64,000 nt of DNA from an archaeon (GTDB lineage: Archaea; Nanobdellota; Nanobdellia; Pacearchaeales; GW2011-AR1): assembly GCA_018694115.1 (NCBI GenBank), contig JABHNB010000007.1, forward strand, positions 1,700 through 65,699. Direction: 5' to 3'. The translations under genes and the position numbers were made by a program. Positions 37,210-46,156 of the stretch are shown here, one piece after another. The notes under the pieces are model-generated. The model was not told where the DNA came from. It was given only the letters and a program-made list of their open reading frames with translations, and did not search any database. Position 1 is the stretch's first letter. Each line of letters begins with the position of its first letter.

Positions 37210-38880
37210 ATGTTCATTGTAAAGAAAGAAATTAAAGGTAGAGACTACTATTATCTTAGGCAAAGCATCCGGGAGGGAGGGAAAGTCAAGGCCAAAACAA
37301 TTGCCTACCTCGGAAAAACTAGGAAAGAAGCCGAGAAAAAGAAAAAGGAGATTATAGCCAATCTAAATCAAGACAATAAAATTAATAAACCCAAAGAGAA
37401 ACCAGTTATTATGGAAGAGAAAAAAGAAATGAAACCGCTAACAATCGATGAGATGGCAAACTTTTGTAAGAGAAAGGGATTCATTTACCCTTCTGCAGAA
37501 CTATACGGCGGGCTTGCAGGATTCTGGGACTATGGACCAATCGGATCCGAATTAAAAAACAATCTTAAAACACAATGGTGGAAGCATCACGTGCATTGCC
37601 GGGAAGATGTTGTCGGAATCGACGGTTCAATAATCACAAACCCAAAAGTTTGGGAAGCTTCAGGACACGTAGAAAACTTCACAGACATCGCAGTAGTTTG
37701 TAAAAAATGTAAAAATAAATTCAAGGTAGACGAGCAAGAACTAGCAACGGCAAAATGTGATAAGTGTGGAAGCGACGTAGAATCAAAAGGAAAGTTCGTC
37801 CCAATGTTCACAACCCAAGTCGGACCAATCGAAGAAGACTCAACACTAGCTTACTTAAGACCCGAAACAGCCCAACTAATTTTCACAAACTTCAAACTAG
37901 TCCAAGATAACGCTCGATTGAAACTCCCATTCGGAATCGCTCAAATTGGAAAAGCATTCAGAAACGAAATAGCCCCACGAAATTTCATCTTCAGAGTAAG
38001 GGAACTAGAACAAATGGAAATTGAATATTTCATTGATCCAGAAAAGAAAGAAGAATGCCCGTATGAAATCGAAGACATTGAGATAAAACTCTTTTCAGAA
38101 GAGATGCAAGAGAAAAACGAAGAACCAGTTCCAATGAAAATCAAGACCGCATTAAAAGAAAAAATAATCCAATTACCTTGGCACGCATACTGGCTTTCCT
38201 CAAGTCTAAACTGGTTCAAGTCCCTCGGAGCAAACATGGAAAACTTCAGAATCAGACAACATACCAAAGATGAAAAATCGCATTACTCAACGGACACATG
38301 GGATCTAGAATATAATTTTCCATTCGGATGGAAGGAACTACAAGGTATCGCAGACAGGGGAACATACGATCTTTCCGCACATCAAGAGAAATCAAAAAAA
38401 TCTATGGAAATAATGGACGACGCATCAGGCAGAAAAATCCTACCAATGGTAGTAGCCGAGCCATCATTCGGAGTAGAAAGAGCATTCCTTGTTTTCATGA
38501 ACGAAGCTTACACCGTCGGAGAAAAAGACAATGTAATCTTAAAACTTAATCCAAAACTAGCCCCAATAAAAGTTGCAATCTTCCCCCTTGTAAAGAAAGA
38601 TGAGGCCCTTGTAAAAATCTCAAAAGAAATATACAAAAATCTTAGAGAAGAATGGAACGTCCTCTATGATGACTCTGGATCCGTAGGAAGAAGATACGCG
38701 CGAAACGATGAAATCGGAACACCGTTTTGCATAACTGTAGACAGCGACAGCATAAAACAAAAAGACGTAACAATCAGAAATCGAGATGACGGAAAACAAG
38801 TTCGAATCAAAATCCCAGAGCTAAAAGATACTTTAAGAAAATTAATTTCTGGAGAGATTGAATTTGAAGATTTAAAGTAA
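37210..38880 (+). CDS. glyS: Glycyl-tRNA synthetase (alpha2 type) with an extra N-terminal domain
   Basis: YGGLAGFWDYGPIG, YLRPETAQ, GKAFRNEI, EPSFGVER, C-terminal anticodon-binding domain. Confidence 0.96.
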   Translation: MFIVKKEIKGRDYYYLRQSIREGGKVKAKTIAYLGKTRKEAEKKKKEIIANLNQDNKINKPKEKPVIMEEKKEMKPLTIDEMANFCKRKGFIYPSAELYGGLAGFWDYGPIGSELKNNLKTQWWKHHVHCREDVVGIDGSIITNPKVWEASGHVENFTDIAVVCKKCKNKFKVDEQELATAKCDKCGSDVESKGKFVPMFTTQVGPIEEDSTLAYLRPETAQLIFTNFKLVQDNARLKLPFGIAQIGKAFRNEIAPRNFIFRVRELEQMEIEYFIDPEKKEECPYEIEDIEIKLFSEEMQEKNEEPVPMKIKTALKEKIIQLPWHAYWLSSSLNWFKSLGANMENFRIRQHTKDEKSHYSTDTWDLEYNFPFGWKELQGIADRGTYDLSAHQEKSKKSMEIMDDASGRKILPMVVAEPSFGVERAFLVFMNEAYTVGEKDNVILKLNPKLAPIKVAIFPLVKKDEALVKISKEIYKNLREEWNVLYDDSGSVGRRYARNDEIGTPFCITVDSDSIKQKDVTIRNRDDGKQVRIKIPELKDTLRKLISGEIEFEDLK

Positions 38881-38883
38881 ATC

Positions 38884-39108
38884 ATGGAAGTAAAACTCGG
38901 AAGATATGAACATTTTAAGGGAAAGCAATATGAAGTTATCGGGGTAGCTAGACATAGCGAGACCTTGCAAGAATTAGTTATCTACAAATCACTTTATGAT
39001 TCTGAAGAATTCGGTAACAATGCCATTTGGGCAAGACCAAAAGACAGTTTTCTAGAAACAGTTAACGTCGATGGAAAAGAAATTCCACGTTTCATGTTTA
39101 TCGGATAA
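38884..39108 (+). CDS. DUF1653 domain protein
   Basis: GRYEHFKGKQYEVIGVARHSETLQELVIYKSLY..WARP. Confidence 0.85.
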   Translation: MEVKLGRYEHFKGKQYEVIGVARHSETLQELVIYKSLYDSEEFGNNAIWARPKDSFLETVNVDGKEIPRFMFIG

Positions 39109-39157
39109 AAAAGTTTCAGAATCCCATTCCCAAACACATATTCTTTCACCAGCTATA

Positions 39158-40192
39158 TTAACAACTCACCCCAACAAGACTTCCATGTTTAGAATAATGA
39201 AATAATCTGCCACCAATACTCGCACGTTCCCTAGTACTAAGATTATCTCCCCCATTAACTATTTCGGCAACCAGCCCTGCATAAAATTTAGCAGCACCTT
39301 GTTTAGATTCAATAAATCTTGCAGCCCTTCTCTGACTATCGGCTAGTTCGCCTTCAGGAACTTCTCTTAAAACTTCATCTGCAAGACCTTCTCCATTCAC
39401 CATTTTTAGTAATCCGCTATTTTGTAGTCCTCGATAAGCAACACCATTATTAGTGAAGCTCTTTCCAGATACAATTCTCTTGCCATAGAACGCAGGTTCA
39501 AGGGGGTTTTGTCCCCACCCTTGAAGAAGAGTATCTCCCATTACTGCAACATCGCAGATAGAGTATAACCTATCTAAAACACCCATTTCGGTTACAAGGG
39601 TGTAATTAAGATCTTTTCCAGAAGGGGCCCCATTCATAGCATAATTAACTCCCAAGTTATCCAATTTAACTTTATCCGTAGGATTTCTTAAAACAGTCAT
39701 AATTTTTATATCTGGATTCTGCCGGATTACCTTATTTGCTTGAGCAACAAAATCTTCCATCTCCACCCCGTGTATGGACCCTCCCAAGACAACCTTCCGA
39801 TCACCGAGGAAGTATTTATCTCGAAGTTTAGCGATCTCTTCAGCATCTAGTAGTCTTCGTGGTTCGAATTTTAAGGGATCTATATGGAACCCAATATTCC
39901 CCCTCTTCCCAAAAACAACAGAATTAGGAGCACACACGAAAGAAACGCTAGCATCGGCATTTCCTCCATCGGGACAGTCAATAAGTACTCCCGAATCAGC
40001 CAATTCCTCAAAAGCTAGATCTTCCCTCAAGGTTCGACTCGTATTTGTCTCCCTATCAAGATTGACATAATCATTTGTTTCAATATCAATTATAGCCTCC
40101 GGTAGGGCTGTTCTCAGCTCTCGAATAAATGGTGGAAGTTGCTTAATTGCCCCCAAATAATCTGCCATAACCTGAATTCTTTTCTTAGCCAT
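39158..40192 (-). CDS. WaaA/KdtA-like GT-B glycosyltransferase, paralog 3
   Basis: VLGGSIH, TEMGVLDRLYSICDVAVMGDT..GWGQNPLEPAFYGK. Start MAKKR at 40192. Confidence 0.75.
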   Translation of the reverse strand: MAKKRIQVMADYLGAIKQLPPFIRELRTALPEAIIDIETNDYVNLDRETNTSRTLREDLAFEELADSGVLIDCPDGGNADASVSFVCAPNSVVFGKRGNIGFHIDPLKFEPRRLLDAEEIAKLRDKYFLGDRKVVLGGSIHGVEMEDFVAQANKVIRQNPDIKIMTVLRNPTDKVKLDNLGVNYAMNGAPSGKDLNYTLVTEMGVLDRLYSICDVAVMGDTLLQGWGQNPLEPAFYGKRIVSGKSFTNNGVAYRGLQNSGLLKMVNGEGLADEVLREVPEGELADSQRRAARFIESKQGAAKFYAGLVAEIVNGGDNLSTRERASIGGRLFHYSKHGSLVGVSC

Positions 40193-40193
40193 A

Positions 40194-41216
40194 TTAACAA
40201 CTCCCCCCCGCAGGACCATTAGTAGCATAATCCCTAACTCTTGCTTCTAGTTCCCGACATTTTTCACGAGTAAGATTATCTCCCCGTTCAACAACTTCTG
40301 CAACCACTTCCGCATAGAACTTTGCAGCACCCTGCCTAGATCCTATAAACTCTGCAGCCTTTTTCCTTTGAGCATCTAATTTTCTATCAGAGACATTTCT
40401 CCCAGCCTCTCTTGCAATTTTCTTCCACCGAACTCTCTTAAGTAACCCGCTATTTTTCAAGCCATCATAAGCCGCCATATTATTTTTATTATAATGTCCC
40501 GAAATAATTCTCTTACCATAGACTGCAGGTTCTAGAGGGTTTTGTCCGCCACTTCCAGTAAAGAATGTATCTCCAAGCACTGCAACGTCACAAAGAGAAT
40601 ATAGCCCATCTAAGATTCCCATTTCAGTTATCAGAGTGTAATTAGTATCTCTTCCGGCAGGGTCTGCATTCATAGAATAATTAACTCCACAACCATTCAT
40701 CGTAGACCTGGCAGAATCTGGATTCCTAGGAACAACTATAACTTTTGTGTTCTTATTCTTCGCTATAGCCTTTTTTGACTGGCCCATAAACTCGTCCATC
40801 TCATATGTACGAATAGAGCCTCCCAAGATAACCTTTTGATCACCAATAAAATATTTAGCTTTTAATTTGGCGATCTCATCAGCATCGAGTAATTTCCTAG
40901 ATTCAAATTTTAAAGGATCTATTGGAAGATTCATCGTCCCCCATAGTGAAGTATCCTCAGCCCTACAAACAAAACGAATTTTAGGTTCATCCCTCTGCGG
41001 AACTTGATTAATAGAAATCCCAGAATCCCTTATCCCTTCTCGAGCCAAATCTGCCATTAATGTTCCGCCCGTAGTGTTATCCGCAAAAATATAATCCTTA
41101 GTTTCAATATCAATCGTAACCTTTGGTAAGGCGGTTCTCAGTTCCCTAACTAGGAAAGGAAGTTGCTTTACAGCCCCCAAAAATTCCGCATTAATGTGTA
41201 TTCTCTTCTTTTCCAT
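40194..41216 (-). CDS. WaaA/KdtA-like GT-B glycosyltransferase, paralog 2
   Basis: VIVVPR, TEMGILDGLYSLCDVAVLGDT..GGQNPLEPAVYGK. Start MEKKR at 41216. Confidence 0.75.
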   Translation of the reverse strand: MEKKRIHINAEFLGAVKQLPFLVRELRTALPKVTIDIETKDYIFADNTTGGTLMADLAREGIRDSGISINQVPQRDEPKIRFVCRAEDTSLWGTMNLPIDPLKFESRKLLDADEIAKLKAKYFIGDQKVILGGSIRTYEMDEFMGQSKKAIAKNKNTKVIVVPRNPDSARSTMNGCGVNYSMNADPAGRDTNYTLITEMGILDGLYSLCDVAVLGDTFFTGSGGQNPLEPAVYGKRIISGHYNKNNMAAYDGLKNSGLLKRVRWKKIAREAGRNVSDRKLDAQRKKAAEFIGSRQGAAKFYAEVVAEVVERGDNLTREKCRELEARVRDYATNGPAGGSC

Positions 41217-41217
41217 T

Positions 41218-42246
41218 TTAATATCCCCACTCCCCAAAATTTCCAGAGTCATAAGCTGCAATTTTAGAGACAAGTTCTGAATGCCGTTCAGTAGGATATT
41301 CTCCCCGAACAACTCCTGCAACCAATCCCGCATAAGCTTTTGCAGCGCCTTGTTTGGATTTGATAAACTCTGCAGCTTTCTTTTGGCTAGTGGCTAATCC
41401 TTCCGGTGAATCATCCATTAAAACCGCGTATGCAATATTTTCCACTTCGACACTCTGAAGTAAACCGCTCTCTTCCAAACCCTCATAGGCAGTCCGGTTA
41501 AGCCGACTATTAGGTCCAGTGACAATCCTCTTCCCATAGAGTGCGGGTTCTAGGGGATTTTGTCCCCACCCATTCCAAGAGAAGGTATCTCCCATGACTG
41601 CGACGTCACAAGCAGAATATAATCTATCCAAAACTCCAACCTCAGTGATAAGGGTGTAATTAGTATCTCTTCCGGCAGAGCTTCTATCAAAAGCACATCC
41701 CACTCCTAGATCTTTTAAGGTTTCTATAGCATCATTAGGACATCTTGGGACAATCATGATTTTAGTATTCCTGTCCTGAGAGAGTATCCTTTCTGATTGA
41801 GCAACAAAATCTTTCAGTTCATCATCTTGGATAGATCCTCCTAAAACAACCTTTTTTGAACCGAGAAAATATTCATCCCGTATCTTAGCAATTTCCCCCC
41901 CAGTTAGTAATCTTCTAGGTTCGAATTTTAAAGGATCTATGAAAAAATGGAACCCGGTCGCAGGGGAATAACCTGCCATACCCGGATGGTATTCAAATGA
42001 AACATGCGCATCAGGCTTCTTATTCTTGCGACCATTAATATGTATCCTTGAGGCTCTAATTCCTTCAAGGGCCAGGTCATTTCTTAGTGTTCTGGCAGTA
42101 TGCTTACTAGCTATTGTGTGATCTCCAGTTTCAATGTCAATTATAGCCTCCGGCAGAACCGCTTTCAGTTCTCGAATAAATGGGGGAAGTTGCTTTACAG
42201 CACCCAAATATTCTGCTTTTATTCGCACTATTCCCTTCTTTTCCAT
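41218..42246 (-). CDS. WaaA/KdtA-like GT-B glycosyltransferase, paralog 1
   Basis: MIVPRCP, TEVGVLDRLYSACDVAVMGDT..GWGQNPLEPALYGK. Start MEKKG at 42246. Confidence 0.75.
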   Translation of the reverse strand: MEKKGIVRIKAEYLGAVKQLPPFIRELKAVLPEAIIDIETGDHTIASKHTARTLRNDLALEGIRASRIHINGRKNKKPDAHVSFEYHPGMAGYSPATGFHFFIDPLKFEPRRLLTGGEIAKIRDEYFLGSKKVVLGGSIQDDELKDFVAQSERILSQDRNTKIMIVPRCPNDAIETLKDLGVGCAFDRSSAGRDTNYTLITEVGVLDRLYSACDVAVMGDTFSWNGWGQNPLEPALYGKRIVTGPNSRLNRTAYEGLEESGLLQSVEVENIAYAVLMDDSPEGLATSQKKAAEFIKSKQGAAKAYAGLVAGVVRGEYPTERHSELVSKIAAYDSGNFGEWGY

Positions 42247-42398
42247 GCTGAACAAAGGGGAAAATCCTATTTAAACCTTTCTATTTGTCGTAACTGGAGA
42301 GTAGTTATTAAATAGAGAAAACCCCAAAAACGCCCCCCACACCCACCAACAATTTTATATACCATTCTAACTTAATGTTATCAATTGAGGGTGATAAA

Positions 42399-43202
42399 AT
42401 GACTAATACGCTAGCGTTTGTTTCTATAAAGGGGGGTGTCGGTAAGACAACCTTAGCACTTGAAACAGCTTCAGCCCTAGTAAATGATTTTGGTAAAAAG
42501 GTCCTTCTTGTAGATGCAAACTTTTCTGCCCCAAATATAGGACTATATCTCGATTTGACAAATGAAGTCACACTTCATGACGCACTATTCGGGGTCGGAC
42601 TTCATAATGCAATCTATGAATCTCACGGAATAGACATTGTCCCTGCATCAATGGACTATCAGGATGAAGTAGACGTCTTTAAACTTAAAAAAATCCTGAA
42701 TAAATTCAAACCACGTTATGATTTCATAATAATAGATTCTTCTCCAAACTATGAAGAATTAAAACCAGTAATTGCTGCGGCAGACAAGATCTTCATTGTA
42801 ACTTCCCCAGACCACGTTACACTAACAACTTCCCTTAAGGCTGCAAAACTAGCAAGAGAACAAGAAACCCCGGTTGAGGGAATGATAGTCAATAAAATAA
42901 GAAGTCCGAGACATGAATTCAACCTTAATGAAATAGAAAATATCTCAGAAGTTCCGGTAATGGCAAGGATAAGGGATCATAAAAACATGGCGATTGCATT
43001 ACATCACAAAACTCCCATAACAGTACACGACAGAGAAAATATAGTCTCAAAAGAAATAAGAAAATTTGCATCAGCAATATGTGGGGAGCCAGAAAAACCT
43101 AGTGGATTCTTTCAGAGGTTTCTTCCGTTTAGGGGATTCGTTCACAAAGATGAAGTTAATAGGGAAATGCTAAGAAAGAAATTCTATGAATCCCAATTAT
43201 AA
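42399..43202 (+). CDS. minD: MinD/ParA-family ATPase
   Basis: Deviant Walker A SIKGGVGKTT, LLVDAN, IIIDSSP; RBS-like GAGGGTGA before ATG 42399. Confidence 0.82.
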   Translation: MTNTLAFVSIKGGVGKTTLALETASALVNDFGKKVLLVDANFSAPNIGLYLDLTNEVTLHDALFGVGLHNAIYESHGIDIVPASMDYQDEVDVFKLKKILNKFKPRYDFIIIDSSPNYEELKPVIAAADKIFIVTSPDHVTLTTSLKAAKLAREQETPVEGMIVNKIRSPRHEFNLNEIENISEVPVMARIRDHKNMAIALHHKTPITVHDRENIVSKEIRKFASAICGEPEKPSGFFQRFLPFRGFVHKDEVNREMLRKKFYESQL

Positions 43203-43226
43203 ATTCTAATTAACAGCTTTGTCAAA

Positions 43227-44153
43227 TTAAGGAATCACTTTAAATCTAAGATTATGCATAATCCAGGTGAGTGCAAAAAGGATCACAACAGCAAATAAGG
43301 AATAAAGAGTGATGTCAATTGTAACTTGCTCATTAGTCTCTCGGATTAATGCGCTAAATGAATTTTCTAACTCATTAACATCTGTTGCTCTAAAAAACTT
43401 CCCTCCAGAATTAAATGCCAAAGCCTTCAAGAATTCCTCGTCCACAGTAGAAAGAGTATTCAACTCGGTCAAACCACCCTTCTCAGTTCCAACCGCGATA
43501 GTATTAACTATCAGATTATTTCGGTTCGCATAACGAGTAATCTGGGGAGCATCCCCAACATTCAACTGACCGTCACTAATTAGCACAATAGACTTCATAT
43601 TACGACCCTCAAACAATTTATTAGCAGCGATCAAAGCATTATAGATATTAGTTCCCTGAATTTGTCCAATTCCCATACTATCAATCGCCATTTTAGCCCG
43701 GATTTTAGAATTATCTAAAACCTGGAGGACTTCGGCATCTCCAGAAAAACCAATAATTCCAATCTCCACCCCAATTGGAAGGGATTCAATAAAATTTTTA
43801 GCAGAAATTTTTGCAGCACCCAAACGAGTTGGAAAAATATCCGAGGTAGTCATACTTCCCGAACCATCAATTGCAATTACATATGAAAAGGCACTAGTAT
43901 CTACCGAAAAAGAAACCGCAGTTCCGGCAATTGTAAAAATAAGTAATATCAGTATTGCAAGATTTAAGTAAAGTGCGAGAAAATTCTTTGAGAAAAATTC
44001 AATATCATAAAATCTCTCCATTGCCTCAAAGTTAGAAAAAACAATTGCTTTCTTTTTATTATACACTACGCTAAAGAAATATACAAATACAAAAAAAGGA
44101 ACAAGTAACAGCAAAAATAAAAATTTAGGATATAAAAAAGAAACTGCAACCAT
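43227..44153 (-). CDS. vWA domain membrane protein (BatA-like)
   Basis: MIDAS AIDGSGSM, TRLGAAK, GTNIYNAL, ISDG; N- and C-terminal TMs. Confidence 0.88.
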   Translation of the reverse strand: MVAVSFLYPKFLFLLLLVPFFVFVYFFSVVYNKKKAIVFSNFEAMERFYDIEFFSKNFLALYLNLAILILLIFTIAGTAVSFSVDTSAFSYVIAIDGSGSMTTSDIFPTRLGAAKISAKNFIESLPIGVEIGIIGFSGDAEVLQVLDNSKIRAKMAIDSMGIGQIQGTNIYNALIAANKLFEGRNMKSIVLISDGQLNVGDAPQITRYANRNNLIVNTIAVGTEKGGLTELNTLSTVDEEFLKALAFNSGGKFFRATDVNELENSFSALIRETNEQVTIDITLYSLFAVVILFALTWIMHNLRFKVIP

Positions 44154-45106
44154 TAGAAACCTCCTGCCCGCCCTTTCAAAAAGGAGGACACAGAAATCGC
44201 GAAAGGCTTTGTAGTATTTAATTCTAGTAAATCAATATTTGCCCGACGAAAAAGATCCTTTAGCATTCCTTTTTGACGAATAACTTGCTCCCGATATTTC
44301 TCTGCTGCAATAGACGGATCTAAGATCATCTGTCTTCCAGAATACGGATCCTGGACGGCAAATTGGTGTTTGATATTTGGAAGATGTTCATCCATCTGAT
44401 CTCGAATCATCACAGACATAACTTCAAACCGCGAGCCCAACATTCTCAATTTTAAATCAACATTCTTCTTAACCTTAATAAAATCGGAAACCATAATAAA
44501 GACTGTATATTCTGAACGAACAGTCTTTAAAACATGATCAATAGCCATATCTAAATCAAAGCCACCCCCATAAAATTCTGAATCAGAGAGAAATTTTGCA
44601 AAAAGCGCGAATTGATTCTTACTATTAGAAGGATGCAAAATTTTTACAATTTTATCAGAAAACATAATTAGGCCCACCTGATCCCCCGCACCAATAATTA
44701 AATGACTTAAGGCTGCGATTAATTCTGCGGCATATTCTGCCTTTAATTTATTCCCAGAACCAAATAACATGCTATTACTAACATCAACGAGAAAATAAAC
44801 TCCGAGATTTCTCTCCTCAATATATTTCTTAATCAAAAGATTATTGGATCTCAGGCTAGCTTTCCAATCAATCAATTCAGCATTATCCCCTTTTTCAAAT
44901 CCTCGATAAGAATCAAACTCTAATCCCTTTCCCCTAAAGACCGCCCGATACAAAACCTTCTTAACCGGAAATCGATGCATTGCATTCTCAAATTCAGAGA
45001 TAACTTTAGGAATATTAACCATTAGTTTTCCTTTTTTCAAAACAGGAGTAGCTTCAATCGAAACATTAGAAACATCATCTACCATAAATATCTCCCTAAG
45101 GCGCAT
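44153..45106 (-). CDS. DUF58 family protein
   Basis: GLEFDSYRGFEKGD..IDWKAS..YIEER..LVDVSNSM. Confidence 0.9.
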   Translation of the reverse strand: MRLREIFMVDDVSNVSIEATPVLKKGKLMVNIPKVISEFENAMHRFPVKKVLYRAVFRGKGLEFDSYRGFEKGDNAELIDWKASLRSNNLLIKKYIEERNLGVYFLVDVSNSMLFGSGNKLKAEYAAELIAALSHLIIGAGDQVGLIMFSDKIVKILHPSNSKNQFALFAKFLSDSEFYGGGFDLDMAIDHVLKTVRSEYTVFIMVSDFIKVKKNVDLKLRMLGSRFEVMSVMIRDQMDEHLPNIKHQFAVQDPYSGRQMILDPSIAAEKYREQVIRQKGMLKDLFRRANIDLLELNTTKPFAISVSSFLKGRAGGF

Positions 45107-46151
45107 TCACCTTTGTTAGAATATGCTTTATTACCTTATCAGAACTAATCCCCTCTGCTTCTGCCTCATAGTTCAAAATAATTCTATGTCGAAGAACCGG
45201 ATAAACAACCTTTTGAACATCTGCGGGCGTTACAAAATTTCTTCCAGACATCAATGCTTCCGCCTTAGATGCGATATACAGGGCAATAGAGGCCCTAGGA
45301 CTTGCACCATAGGAAATATACTTAGAAAGCTCAAAGCCCTTATCTCGAGTCTCGGAAACAATTCTAACGATATAATCTCGGATAGTATCGGAAGTAAAAA
45401 CTTGCTTAACTCTCCTCTGTAAGTCGATGATTATCTGGGGAGACAATAAAGGTTGCAAACCATAATCCTCAAAATCCCGAATAGTGGTATTTTTTGAAAG
45501 AATGGAACTCTCCTCTTCAATCTTCGGATATTTGATCAACAACTTGAATAGAAACCTATCAATCTGGGCTTCAGGAAGAGAATATACTCCACTAACCTCT
45601 AAAGGATTCTCGGTTGCCATAACAAAAAATGGTTTAGGCAATTCGTAAGTCTTTCTTGCAATAGTTACGCTCTCTTCCTGCATTGCTTCAAGCAAAGCCG
45701 ACTGAGTCTTTGGGGGTGCCCGATTAATTTCATCCGCAAGAATAAAATTCGTAAAAACAGGTCCCTTAATCATTTCAAATCCCCTATCTGGAGAATAACT
45801 CATAATTCCAGTAATATCTGTAGGCAAAAGATCAACAGTGAATTGGATTCTTTTCATGTCGCAACCCATAACCCTGGCCATAGCCTTAACGATTAAAGTT
45901 TTTGCAACACCAGGTACACCTTCAACAAGAACATGACCCCCACACAAAACTGCCCTAAGAATACCTCGAACAATTGCTTTCTGACCAACAACAACTTTCT
46001 CCATCTCTTTTTCAACATCCAATAAAATCTTTCCAACCCCCTTTGAAGAAATTACAGGGTTCTTAACAGCCTTAGGAATGCTTTTCAAATCCTTCTTGGA
46101 CCTCACGGCCCGGATCACCTTTTTTGAATCACCAATTTTTTTTACTGCCAT
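45096..46151 (-). CDS. moxR: MoxR-family AAA+ ATPase
   Basis: EGVPGVAKT, RIQFTVDLLPTD, LADEINRAPPKTQSALLEAMQE, YGASPRA. Confidence 0.95.
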   Translation of the reverse strand: MAVKKIGDSKKVIRAVRSKKDLKSIPKAVKNPVISSKGVGKILLDVEKEMEKVVVGQKAIVRGILRAVLCGGHVLVEGVPGVAKTLIVKAMARVMGCDMKRIQFTVDLLPTDITGIMSYSPDRGFEMIKGPVFTNFILADEINRAPPKTQSALLEAMQEESVTIARKTYELPKPFFVMATENPLEVSGVYSLPEAQIDRFLFKLLIKYPKIEEESSILSKNTTIRDFEDYGLQPLLSPQIIIDLQRRVKQVFTSDTIRDYIVRIVSETRDKGFELSKYISYGASPRASIALYIASKAEALMSGRNFVTPADVQKVVYPVLRHRIILNYEAEAEGISSDKVIKHILTKVNAP

Positions 46152-46156
46152 GTCAC

